DNA of 64,000 nt from Pristiophorus japonicus. Its lineage: Eukaryota. Below the pieces are notes generated by a model. That model was not told the origin of the DNA, ran no database searches, and saw only the letters and a list, made by a program, of their open reading frames with translations. How positions within the stretch are numbered: position 1 is the stretch's first letter; the number at the start of each line of letters is the position of its first letter. The stretch lies in contig NC_091989.1 in NCBI RefSeq assembly GCF_044704955.1, positions 86,056,001 to 86,120,000 of the forward strand. Reading direction: 5' to 3'. A program made the position numbers and the translations under genes. Shown here piece by piece: positions 13,628 through 25,700 of this stretch.

Positions 13628-15152
13628 GGCCCGAAAATTGTGGCCTCCCCGGGTATGTACGAAGTGTGTATGGACCCAGCGAGGCAGCGCAAAAGCTGGT
13701 TTTCAGCATGCAATATGCATGCAACAAAAACTGGCTTTTCCGATCTGTCAAGTTTTGGCCTGACAGATCCTCCACATCTTCGGGAGAAGGACACTCTCAT
13801 GGGCGAGATTGTGCTATTTGGCCATCTCTTGCCCAGCGAATGTCTTTCAAACTCTTGCACCTGATAAAAGCAGATGCATAAACTACTTTTACCAGTGTAA
13901 AAGTTTTAAAACAGAAAAAACAGAAAAAAATAAAACTTAAAAATGCATTTTTATGTTAAAAACCTTGTGCACTACTGTAAGTTTATTTTAAACCCTAATT
14001 AAATAACTTTAAAAAGTATATATATTATTTTCTAAAACATTTCATTAACTTTATTTTCAATTAATGCTAAATATGTGAGATGGTTTTTATTTTTTAATGT
14101 TGTGTTTGGGTGTTTGGTGGGGATTCTCATTGATAGTATTGACCCAGAAATTCCAGCCTCTCCAGGTATGTACGGAGTTTCTACAGACGTGAGAAGGCAT
14201 CAGAAAAGCTGGTTTTCAGTGCACAATGTGCATGCGCTGAAAACCACCTTTTCCGATCTGTCAGCTTGACAGATTCTCTGCATCTCGGGAGCAAAGACGT
14301 TTGCAAGGACAAGAAATGCGGTATTTACCCATATCTTGCCCAGCAAATGTCCTCAAACTCTTGCATCTGATAAAGGCAGGTGCATAGCGTACTTTTGCAG
14401 GCGTAAGAGTCTTAAAACACACTTAAAACAGAAAAAATTACATTAAAAATACATTTTATTTTGAAAATCCCTGCCCAATACATTAACTGGATTTTAAACT
14501 ATAATTTTTAAAACTTTTTAAAAACTCTGAATTTTTTTTCGCTAATATATTTATTAACTTTAATTTCAATTAAATTTAATTATGTGAGGTGTGTTTTTTA
14601 TTTTTTAATTGGTGTTATTGTGTTTGTTTTTTTCTCAATTAATAGCAATAAGAACTCGTAGATACAGAGTTCCCAGAGCTTTTAATTGAGAATACTGAAC
14701 CTGATTGGTTGAGCAGTCACACGTGACTGCATCTTTTTCGTGGGAACCTGGAGGACGGGAGCACACTTCGCAGCGCGGGAAGTGAAGGCCTCCCCATCGG
14801 AATCGAAAGCGCCTCCGGGACCACCAGGTACTTTCGGAAAAATTCTCTGGTCGGAGGCAATAGCCCGCGGGAAAACTCCGACCTGAATTTCAGGGCCATT
14901 CGGAACTCGGAGTTACAGAGCTCCTATTACTATGAATGAGAATACTTTACCTTGATTGGGTGTCCATGCCCACGTGACTTCAGCCCCAGCTCCAGCTTCA
15001 GTTAAATACCTACAAGATGTGCACGCACTCCGATGCACATGAAGAAGATGCCTTAAACCGGAATCGCTGATGGGCGCCTAAGCAAAAGGTAGATGCATAT
15101 CTTTTTTCTTCTTTTCAGGCCCAGATCCGGGATTGCAGGCAATTTTCATCTT
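13628..15152. mobile_element. Non-autonomous DNA transposon (MITE-like), outer copy
   Basis: Starts GGCCCGAAAATTG, has a partial inverse CAATTTTC at about 15140 and an AT-rich core. Homologous along its length to the inner copy. Confidence 0.65.
14141..14897. mobile_element. Same-family MITE nested in the outer copy (3-bp TSD, possibly PIF/Harbinger-related)
   Basis: TIRs GACCCAGAAATTC / GAATTTCAGGGCC; ATT duplicated at 14138-14140 and 14898-14900. Confidence 0.8.
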
Positions 15153-15519
15153 CCTGGCACGAGTTTGGAAATTGATGCTTTGCATTTTAGGGCTGATTCC
15201 ACAAGGGATTTTCTGAAAGCAAAACGATAAAATACGAAGCAGCAGATTTAGGCTCACTCCTTATTATGGGATATCTTGGGCCGTAGACCTTCCTCAGGAA
15301 CGTTCCAATTTCGGTAGTGGAAGTGTTCAAATTACAATGAATTTAAGAAATCAATTTAGATCGCCTCAATATTTGGGGAGGACGTGGGTTTCTTTTGCTT
15401 CACATTTAAGAGCTGGAGGGCATCATTTACAGATTGCACACCACAAGGATCAAACTGTACATTATCCTACAGGGACCTGCCCTGACTGTACCAGGTGTCA
15501 GCTGTGTCTTAGCTACATC

Positions 15520-16635
15520 GGATTGCATCGGAAATACGGCACAGAAATAGGCCATTCGTCGCTACCATGCGGCATTGATGCTCCACTCGAGCCTCCTTCA
15601 GTCTTTCTGCACCTAACTCTATTAGCATAACCCTCTATTCCCTTCTCACTCGTATGCTTATCTAGCCTCCCATTATTTCCATCTATATTATGTGCTTCAA
15701 CCACTCCCTGTTGTAGCGAGTTCCACATTCTCACCACTTTCTGGTTGAAGAAACTTCTTCTGAATTCCCTCTTTGATTTTTTTTGGTGACTATCTTATAT
15801 TGATGGCCTCAAGTTTTGCTTTTCCCCACAAGTGGAAACATTCTCTGTCTACTCTTTCAAAATCATTCATATTTTTAAACAACTCTATTCAGTCACCGAG
15901 CAAATTTATTTTCTCAAGAGAAAAGAGACCCAGCCTGTTTATCATTTCCTGATGGGTATAACCCCGCATATCTGATATGATCCTTGTAAATCGACCTTTC
16001 ACCCTCCCCAATGTCTTTATATATTTCGTATAATATGGCGACCAGAATAGTATATAGTACTTCAAGTGCGTTATACCAAGGTTCGATACGAATTTAGCAT
16101 AACTTCTCTACTTTTAAATTCTATCAGTCCAAGAATAAATCCTAGTGCCTGGTTTCCCTTTTTATGGCCGTGTTAACCTGTGTCACTACTTTTAGGGATT
16201 TGTGTATTTGTACTCCGAGATCCCTTTATTCCTCTACCTCATTTAGATTCTTATTTTCCAGATAACATGTGACCTCCTTATTTTTCTTAGCAAAAGGTAA
16301 AATTTATATCTCTTGAAATAAAGTTGTTAATGATATGCCCATTCTGCAAGTTTATTAATGTATTCTTGTAATATGTTGAGTCCTCCTCAGTACTAACTAT
16401 GCCCTACCCCCCCGCCCCCCGCAATTTGGTGTCCACCCCAAATTTAGAAGCAGTGTTTTTGAATCCAAGCAGCAGTGGTCCCGGGAATGATCCTTGCGGG
16501 AATCCACTTTCCACCTTCTGCCACCATGAATACCGGTCATTTACACCTAATCCCTGCTTTCAACTTGAAGCTAACAACTGTCCATTCTTCCAACTGTCTC
16601 CTGACTCCACACTCTCTGACTACATTCATTAGTCT
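15520..16635 (-). mobile_element. Old CR1 LINE 3' fragment
   Basis: VRMWNSLQQGVVEA-type C-terminus on - and decayed RT sequence. Confidence 0.7.
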
Positions 16636-16639
16636 ATTA

Positions 16640-17178
16640 GGGAGCAGCATGCGGTGGCCCGACCCGGAAATCGGCGCGGTCCCGGACTGCAAGACTATCA
16701 GCAGGCCAGGGCCATCAGAGGGAGCAGTGTGTGGCGGCATACCACTGCAGGGGGTCGACGGCTGCGAAGCCAGGTCGCTGACTGCAGTGCGGGCAGGCAC
16801 AGCAGGAGTCACGAAGGAGCGGCAAGAGTTTGTAGAAGGAAGTCATCGGGGCCCAGGTGAGGCGTGAATCTAGGACCCAGAAGAGGCGAGGGCCCAGGGG
16901 CAGCACGGGCCAGCCCACATCGCGATATGTGTGCGCACTAGGTCCATGCAGCAGAGCTTGCCAGTGGACCAAGACATTGCTCTGTCAAGCCCGTATGGTG
17001 GCTGGGGTGCAACGGCCATCACACGTTAACAAAAATCCAAGCACAGGCATCCTCCACCCTTCACGATGTAGTTCGGGATCTGGAATTTTAGGTCCTTCAT
17101 TGAAACACCTGTGAACTCATCCTTTTTCTCGTGGAAGCAAGTCATCCTCGATACGAGGGACTGCCTATGATGATGATG
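16640..17178 (+). mobile_element. Non-autonomous RTE-tailed retroposon (SINE-like), copy 1
   Basis: Collinear with 61144-61706. Ends GTGGAAGCAAGTCATCCTCG...GAGGGACTGCCTATGATGATG, like the RTE LINE tail at 48737-48794. Confidence 0.8.
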
Positions 17179-17304
17179 TGGTACATTATGGACGGTCTTT
17201 TGTAAAACTAAATTAATGATATCTACTTAATTATCCTTTTCTGTAGACTTCAAATAACTGGACATTGTCCCAAAGGGAGCTTCCCTGGTTGCTTCGGGTG
17301 TCAA

Positions 17305-17400
17305 TTGCTACGCAGTTGGTAGCGCTCCCGCCTTAGTGGCGAAGGTTGTGTGTTAAAATCCCAATTCAAAATCTAGGCTGAAACTCCAAAGTACCATTGA
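17305..17400 (+). mobile_element. Degenerate tRNA-derived SINE head
   Basis: A-box-like GCTACGCAGTTGGTAGCGCT and degenerate B-box GTGTTAAAATCCC; no intact cloverleaf. Confidence 0.4.
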
Positions 17401-17489
17401 AGTCGTCAAAAGCGCTAAAAAGATGACAGACTTTCTTTTCTTTTTTTTAACCGTTAATTCATGTTCAAGTCTGATTTCGTGATGTTTGT

Positions 17490-18300
17490 ACTCCGCATAC
17501 GAGGCAGGTAATGTGCCTGAGGAACTGGGCCAATGGCACGGGATACAAATGATGAGCTTTGCTGATCAAACGGTTAAATGAAAATGCAGGACCGGCTATT
17601 AAGCATCAGGTGCAGGATAGTATATAATATAACAGGGGATAGCTTAACAATACAGAAGTTAATTTTGAAATATTTATATTATGAGAATGTATTTGATGTG
17701 ATAGAGTTTAACACATGGTTTAGACTCGGTAGTTCAAATTCCACAGAGAGATGCTCAGTAAACGGCAGGTCAAAGATTAATGCAGTCAAAAGTTGTGGGA
17801 GAATTATAGCTAATCAACATGTCCAGAAACCAAATGTTAAGATGACATATTTATAACCATTCAAAAGGTTCGTATATTCTACATAAAACCAACGTTCTGG
17901 TGAGAATGGTGTGTATGTGGTGCAACATTACCATCTAATGGTGCAGTAACATATGGCAGATGAGATTACATAACAATAATTTCAAAACTGGTAGGTGTAA
18001 AGCATTTCATCTGACATTGTATATCTTTGAAAATAAATAGGCTCACTTTCAAACGTTCTTTGCAGATGATAACTCGTCTGCATTGTTTAGTACTTCGCGG
18101 GATATTGCATAGACGTAAAACTAGCTTGTGTATTCTGTCGATATTAATAAATCCAATAAATTGCTTTATTTCGTGCGTCCATACATATGCAATTTTGATT
18201 AATCGACTCGTTTGATCTAACACCATATTCCTTAATAAAAGTACTATGTCTATTGGTTGGTGACCACGAAGTACTAGTCATAATCTACTGAATGATGGAA
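17490..18300 (-). pseudogene. Possible highly decayed F-type (class I fusion) envelope glycoprotein fossil
   Basis: Fragments stitched across frames: WTHEIKQFIGFINIDRI / AYLFSKIYNV / EIIVM*SHLPYV...QNVGF / FWTC / TFDCINL*PAVY*ASLCGI*TTESKPC. The resemblance is recalled from memory, not searched. Confidence 0.3.
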
Positions 18301-18417
18301 CTCCTCAGTATATTAATGATAAACTGAAGTAACTGGAGTGTGTGGAGAAGACTTCATTCGAAAGGGCCGTTGTGACTTTTCAGACTCCTCAGACTCAATC
18401 TCTGTAACCTTATACAT

Positions 18418-18812
18418 TACTGATGTGGGCCGCCACGTCAACCAATAGTCCTGATATGCGCCCATCACGTGACATCCCATATATGGTACTCCATCACTGT
18501 ACATTCCACATATGGGCCCCTCTCATCCAACATTCCTGATGTGGGCCCCCATAATATCTTAGATTGCTGATATCAGCCCCCCCCTCATTAAACTACATTA
18601 ATGATATCAGCCCCCAACAAGCAGCAGTCCTGACATAGGCCCCAATTAAACCTAGAGTCCTGATGTGGGCCCCATCAACCTGAAGACCTGATATGGGCCC
18701 AAAAAAAAACACATTCCTGATGTGGACCCCATCAACGGGCAGTCTGATTTTGGCCCCCAAAAAATCCATATTCCTGATATGGCCCCCATCACCCTCCATT
18801 CCTGATAGGGCC
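18418..18812. repeat. Degenerate minisatellite, about 14 units of roughly 28-30 bp with core TCCTGATATGGGCCCC
   Basis: Recurring cores include TCCTGATGTGGGCCCC, ACCTGATATGGGCCC, TCCTGACATAGGCCCC and TCCTGATATGGCCCC, separated by variable linkers. Confidence 0.8.
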
Positions 18813-19609
18813 ACATTACTCTTATTAACATTAAACTAAATCCTGCCCTCATCAATGAGAGCAGCGTGTCTCGGGCAATTGCAAGTTGGTTAACGATGTC
18901 AAACACATTGGCTTTTTGTTCCAGATAATGCAATAGAGCCATGTATTAATGGAGTTCCCTATTCTAATTCCTGTCAGCACAGCTTCTGTCCTTTTTTTAT
19001 ATTAATTCACTGATTTCTTCTAGTCCTTAACATTTTGAGCTGTTAATGCCAGTTTCTAATCAGACGTGTGATTGTTATAAAGAAAGAAGATTTCTGAATA
19101 ACTGGCAGCAGTCAGTGCTTAAAGAAAGTGAGCACAAAATCCAGGAACAGCATCACTGGTTATTTTTCATTAATCTGCTGGGAACTCATAGTGTCAGTGT
19201 GCTGGTTTGTGAATGAAACGTAGAGTATAAGTAATATCAATCGTTTTTTCTTTTTTATGTACTGTGACACATTCTGTAAAAGTTACCACCTTAAACAGAT
19301 GGGTGTATCAGTGAAAGGTGGATGTGGATGTACAGACCAGTGAGAGATGTGTATGGACGTATGACAATCAGTGAGAGAATGGTGTGAGTGCATAAAAATG
19401 AGTAGAGAGTTAGGGTTAGGGTTGGTATGGGTGAACTCTGTAAAAGCGAGTGACATTTTCACAATCTGAGTTTTAGTTTGCGTGGAATCAGTCGCGAAAG
19501 GCTCATGAGTGGCGAGATAAGAGAAATTTAAAGGAATTTAATCAGAAAATCACAGAAGAGAGAGCGAGAGATAACCAGAGATATATGAACAGAGAGAGAG
19601 AGAGAGAGT

Positions 19610-20070
19610 AGACTGAAGATCATAGAAAATGCTGGAAATATTCAGCATCTTTGGAGAGAGAAACAGAGTTCACGTTTCAGGTCGATGACCTGTCGTCAGA
19701 AGTGGAAAATCTTATAGGTATAATAAGTTTGAAGCAAGCACAGAAGTAGGGAAATGGCGGGGAAGGAACGAACAAAAGGGAAGGTTTGGAAGGCAAGAGT
19801 CATTAAATGAACAAAGAATTATTGCCGGCTGTTGGTCGAAAAAGTGGGAGCAGTGGTTATGATGTGAAATTGTTGAACTCGATCTTGAGTCTGGAATGTT
19901 GATAAGTGCTCAAAGGATGAGTTGCTGTTCCTCGAGCTTCAGTTGAATCTCACTGGACTAGTGTAGGAGGCCGAAGGCGGAGAGGTCAGAGAGCTCAGAG
20001 TGGGAGTGGGACAGTTGGCTACTCACCAGAAGCTCAGATCAAGCTTGCGGACTGAACAGAAGTGTTCAGC
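19610..20070 (-). mobile_element. Penelope-like element 3' remnant
   Basis: Reverse-complement similarity to the 3' part of 39160-40090. Confidence 0.55.
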
Positions 20071-20419
20071 AAATATATTACCTTTCAGTTAATTAAAGAT
20101 AGTGAGTGTGTTGGATAGAAGGGCAATATCTTTATAAAGGTTTATTTCTAAGGAACTTTGATCACATGTGAAATTAGATCACTGATACGTACCGAACACT
20201 GAAACTCATCTGGAAATAAACAGCTTCCACGTCGACAACACAGTGACGTTTCAGTTAATTTGTAAGAGGAACCAGCCTCTCTGCAGCATACAGACTTTGT
20301 AACGGAGTGAGGTCATCAACTACTCTGAGAACATGTAACAGCTATGTGCAATCTCCTGATAGGAAATCACTGTAGTCAGTATGTTCCAGAACAGCCAATC
20401 TCTGTAAGTACATGATCGC

Positions 20420-21281
20420 AGTCATCATTTCCTGTCTGCCTGCTGTGTGTGCTGTCATGTTCCACCACCCTCGCCTTCTTTAAAATCCTTCTTCTTCAAC
20501 GCCCACCCAAGAGCCATTCCGGGTTTCTCATGTGATACTCTCCTTCCTTTCTTCCCTCCTTTTTTGCACTGAGTGACTCCACATTCTTGCTAATTTCACA
20601 GTATATCTCAACACATCTTGTCCTCTCTCCTCTGAGTTAACTTCGCTCCTGTCCTCCCTTAATGCCTCGCATCACATAAACACTCCTACTTATAATCATG
20701 ATCACCTAGTTGACATAGCAATCTCATGGTGCTACTTAATTCCAATTGTCTCAATTATAGCCAAGGTGAATTATGATCACCTCCTTGTATCCCGCAGCAC
20801 TCACATTCCCCTTTCAATCCCACAACCTTCTATGTCCGTCCTGGAAAAATAATTCATCACCAGGTACAGCTGGAACATGTAAAGTATGAAGAGGCCCTCT
20901 TCTGCCAAATCTTCTCACTATTCCAGGATCAATATAGAATGCGAATATAACGCCTACTGCTTTTCTCCACTAGAAATCGTCTCCTGAAACCACTCTTCCC
21001 TTCCTCCACCACCCTCATCTCCAGCAGATATAAAGAGCTCAGGGACACTTCTATGGCACTAAGATTGAGATCGTTCTGTCAATTGCCTTTTCTGCATCCC
21101 TCCCTTGCCCAGCCCACCAAATAAAATGTCTCCCAAGATTCCTGCACACCAGCTCTGAACCGGCACCTTTCTCGAGTTTATGTCATATCTCTCCTCATTC
21201 ACTTTCCGAGCTCATATTATTTACGAGAACCACTTTCTGTTCTGTTAACCCAATTAACATTAAACAGCTGACTATCCGACT
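20420..21281 (+). mobile_element. L2-type LINE, 5' portion (continues at 28651-30005)
   Basis: C/T-rich decayed ORF2, collinear with the L2 at 45310-47967. Confidence 0.6.
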
Positions 21282-22776
21282 TAGAAACATAGAAACATAG
21301 AAATTTACAGTGCAGAAGGAGGCCATTTCGGCCCATCATGTCCATGCCGGCCAACAAAGAGCCGCACGGCCCATGGTCAGCAGCCCTAAAGGTTACATAT
21401 AAACTTGTGAATAATGAAGAAAGGCAAAGAGCACCCAGCCCAACCAGTCTGCCCCACACAACTGCGACACCCCTTACACTGAAACATTCTACACTCCACC
21501 ACAACCGGAGCCATGTGATATCTTGGGAGAGGCAAAAACCAAGTAAAACCCAGGCCAACTTAAGGAGAAAATATCTGGGAAAATTCCACTCCGACCCATC
21601 CAGGTGATCACCCTGGCCGTATTCGATTCCCTGCAGTACTTAACATTATATCTGCAGCGGCCAACAAAAGGTCCTCCAATCTAATCCCAATTACCAGCTC
21701 TAGGTCCATAACCCTGCAGGTTACGGCACTTTAAGTGCCCATCCAAATATATTTTAAATGTGGTGAGCGTTATTGCATCCAATACTCTTCCAGGCAGCCA
21801 GTTACAGATCCCCACAACCCTCTGCGTAAAGAAGCTCCTCCTTCCTCCCTCAACACCCCTCTAAACATTCCACCAACCACCTTAAAACTATGCCCCCTCG
21901 AAATAGACCCCTCCACCAATGGAAATAGGCCCTTACTATCCACTATGTCCAAGCCCCTCAATATTTTGTACAACTCAATGAGGTCTCCTCTCAACTCCTC
22001 TGTTCCAATGAGAACAAACCCAGCCTATCCAATCTGTCCTCATAACTAAAATTCTTCATTCCAGGCAGCATTTTCGTAAATCTCCTCTGCACCCTCGCTA
22101 ACTTGCCATTTTGCCCTGGATCTCATGGACTTTAACCTTCGTGATCAGTCTACCATGTGGCACCTCATCAAAAGCTTTGCAAAAGTCCATATATACTACA
22201 TCGTACGCACAACCCTCATCGACACTCTTGGTTACCTCCTCAAAAAATTCAATCAGGTTAGTCAAACACGATTTTCCCTTTAAAAAATCCGTGCTGACTG
22301 TCCTAATTACTCCTTGCCTTTCCAAATATAGATTTTTCCTGTCTTTCAGGACATTTTCCAATAATGTAAATAAAGGTACTACTTTAGCAGTCCTCCAATC
22401 CTCCGGCACCATGCCCAAATCCAAAGCGGATTGGAAAATGATGGTCATGGCCTTTGCCACTTCCTCTTTTACTTCGCTCAACAGCCTGGAATGCGTTTCA
22501 TCCGGGCCTGGGGACTTTTCTACTTTCAAAGCTGCTAAACCCCTTAATATTTCCTCTCTCACTATATTTATTTCATCCAGAATATCACACCCCTCATCGA
22601 TAGCAGTATCTGCATTGCCCCTTTCCTTGTTGAAAACAGATGCAAAGTATTTGTTGAGAACCTTACCAACATCTTCCGCCTCGACAAAAAGATTACCCTC
22701 ATGTTCTCTAATAGGCCCTACCCTTTCTTTAGTTACCCTCTTACTCTTAATATATTTATATAACATGTTAAGGTTT
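21282..22776 (-). mobile_element. CR1 LINE with internal deletions, interrupted by Gypsy B (resumes 28295-28650)
   Basis: Tail repeats AGAAACATAGAAACATAG at 21282; ORF 22098..22766 has KSPGPD and KSCLTNLIEFFEEVT. Confidence 0.88.
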
Positions 22777-25700
22777 TATTGTGTTCCTAACACAGATGAG
22801 GCTGCACACAGGGAGGTTAAAGTAACAGTGGCCTCAGTCTTTAATAAGACACTCCAGAGTAAGGAACAGGCCTTAGGGGCCGGCTTATATACAGTGCTCC
22901 CAAGGGATGATGAGATCCCTTCAGGGGATGTACTCCCTGGTGGCAGAACATGGGAGTGCATGCTTTACAGATACACAACATCACTCCCCCTGAAAGTCAA
23001 AGTGAAAACAATTTAAATGGTGAGGCAGTTGGGAGCCCTCTTTCCTTGGTGGACAGTCTCGGTACAAATGTCTGTTCTGGTGTGTTGGCTGTTCCCTCGC
23101 TGGGTTGGCATGTTGTTGGCCCTGCAGGGCTGCTGGGTGAGCATGGCCTTGCTGGGCTGTTGGGAGTGATGGGTTCGATTTCCTGGTCTGGGGTGGTGTT
23201 GTTGATCCTTTGGGAGTGTGTTCTGGGCTCGAAAAAGGTGGTGTCTGCTGTGGGTTGTACAGGGCAGTCTGTGAACTACAGCCTCATTTGGTCCAGGTGC
23301 TTTCTGCAAATTTTTCCATTGTCTAATTTGACTACAAACATCCTACTCCCTTCTTTAGCTATCACCGTGCCCGCAATCCACTTGGGATCATGTCCATAGT
23401 TTAGCACACACAAAGGGTCATTCAGATCAATTTCCCATGACACAGTGGCGCGACCATCGTTTACATTTTGTTGCTGCCGCCTGCTCGCCATGCAGGATGG
23501 AGTGAACCAGCGAGAGTCTGGTTTTAAGTGACCTTTTCATGAGTAGCTCAGCCGGGGGCACCCCTGTGAGCGAGTGGGGTCTCGTGCGGTAGCTGAGCAG
23601 TACTCGGCACAGGCGGGTTTGGAGTGAGCCTTCTGTGACTCGTTTAAGGCTCTGTTTGATTGTTTGCACTGCTCACTCTGCCTGCCCATTGTAGGCTGGT
23701 TTAAACGGGGCCGAGGTGACATGTTTGATCCCATTGCGGGTCATGAATTCTTTAAATTCAGCACTGGTGAAACATGGCCCATTGTCACTGACCAGTATGT
23801 CAGGCAGGCTGTGGGTGGCAAACATGGCCCACAGGCTTTCAATGGTGGTGGTGGTGGTGCTTCCCGACATTATTTCACATTCAGTCCAATTTGAAAAAGC
23901 ATCCACCACCACCAGGAACATTTTACTGAGAAACGGGCCCGCATAGTCGACATGGATCCTTGAACATGGTCTGGAGGGACAGGACCACAAACTTAGATGT
24001 GCCTCTCTGGGCACGTTGCTCAACTGAGCACACACGCTGCATTGCCATACACAGGACTGTAAGGCAGAGTTGATACCGGGCCACCACACGTGGGATCTGG
24101 CTATCGCTTTCATCATTACAATACCCAGGTGTGTGCTGTGGTGATCCGAGATGAACGTCTCCCTGCCCTTTTTGGGTAGCACTACGCGGTTACCCCACAA
24201 CAGGCAGTCTGCCTGAATGGACAGCTCAGCGTTTCGCTGCTGGAACGGCTTGATTAGCTCTCGCATTTCAACGGGGATGCTGGCCCAGCTCCCATGCAGT
24301 ACACCGTTTTTTACTAGGGACAGCAGAGGATCTTGCCTGGTCCAAATCCTAATCTGGAGGGCTGTGGCAGGTGAGTTATCATTTTCAAACGCTTCCATGA
24401 CCATCAACAAGTGCCACCATTAACAAGTTTGCAGGCTGCGCCATTTCCACCCCCGTGGTGGGCAATGGTAGCTGACTGAGAGCATCTGCACAGTTCTCGG
24501 TGCCTGGCCTGTGGCAGATGCTATAGTTATATGCTGATAGCGCGAGTGCCAACCTTTGTATGCTGGCTGAGGCATTAGTATTTATCCCCTTGTTTTCAGC
24601 GAACAGGGATATGAGGGGCTTGTGATCGGTTTCCAGCTCAAATTTGAGGCCAAACAGGTACTGATGATTTTTCTTTACCCCGAACACACATGCTAATGCC
24701 TCTTTCTCAATCATGCTGTCGGCCCTCTCGGCCTTAGACAAGCTCCTGGAGGCACAGGCGACAGGTTGCAAATTCCCTGCAATGTTAGCTTGTTGTAATG
24801 CACACCCGACTCCATACGACGAAGCATCACATGCTTGCACACGTTTTCTACACGGGTTATACATTACAAGCAGCTTGTTGGAGCATAAAATATTTCTGGC
24901 TTTCTCAAAATCAATTACTAGGTATTTTCCCCATATCCAGTTCTCACCTTTACGCAATAACACATGTAGCGGCTCTAAGAGAGTGCTTAACCCCGGTAGG
25001 AAGTTACCAAAATAGGTGAGGAGCCCCAGGAATGACCGCAGCTCCGTTACGTTCTATGGCCTGGGCGCATTCCTGATAGCATCTGTATTGGCATCTGTGG
25101 GCCGAATGCCGTCCGCCACGAACTTTCTCCCCAAAAACTCCACTTCTGTTGCCATGAAGATGCATTTTGACCTCTTCAACCGCAGCCCTATGCAATCTAG
25201 TCGCTGGAGGACCTCCTCCAGGTTTTGTAGGTGCTCGACAGTGTCCCAAACCGTGACCAATATGTCGTCCTGAAAAACCACCATGCGTGATACTGACTTG
25301 AGTAAGCTCTCCATGTTTCTCGAGAAGATCGCTGCAGCCGACTGAATTCAAAACGGGCATCTGCTGTAGATGGACAGTCCCTTGTGCATGTTGATGCAGC
25401 TGAGGCCCTTCAAAGACTCCTCCAGCTCCTCCATCATATAGCCCAAAGTCAGGTCGAGCTTGGTGAATATCTTGCCTCCTGCCAGCGTCACAAATAGGTC
25501 ATCTGCCTTAGGTCCTGTAGCAAGAAACGATTAATAGTTCCTTTATAATCATCGCAAATCCTGACCGTACCATCACATTTGAGTACTGGAACAATCGGGC
25601 TGGCCCACTCGCTGAATTCCACTGGAGAGATAATGCCCTCACGTTGCAGCATGTGCAGCTCGATTTTCACTCTCTCCCTCATCGTGTGGGGTACTGCTCG

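Noticed and set aside
18418-18812. CRISPR-like repeat-spacer appearance
   Set aside because: Vertebrate context, no cas genes, degenerate 16-nt cores and linkers far too short.
6950-20280. CACAGTG heptamers in the satellite and at about 20240 as RSS
   Set aside because: No ACAAAAACC-like nonamer at 12 or 23 bp and no adjacent V/D/J segment.
22111-23016. 301-aa + strand ORF, and similar ORFs such as 37868..38659
   Set aside because: Antisense shadows of CR1 RT and LTR sequence.
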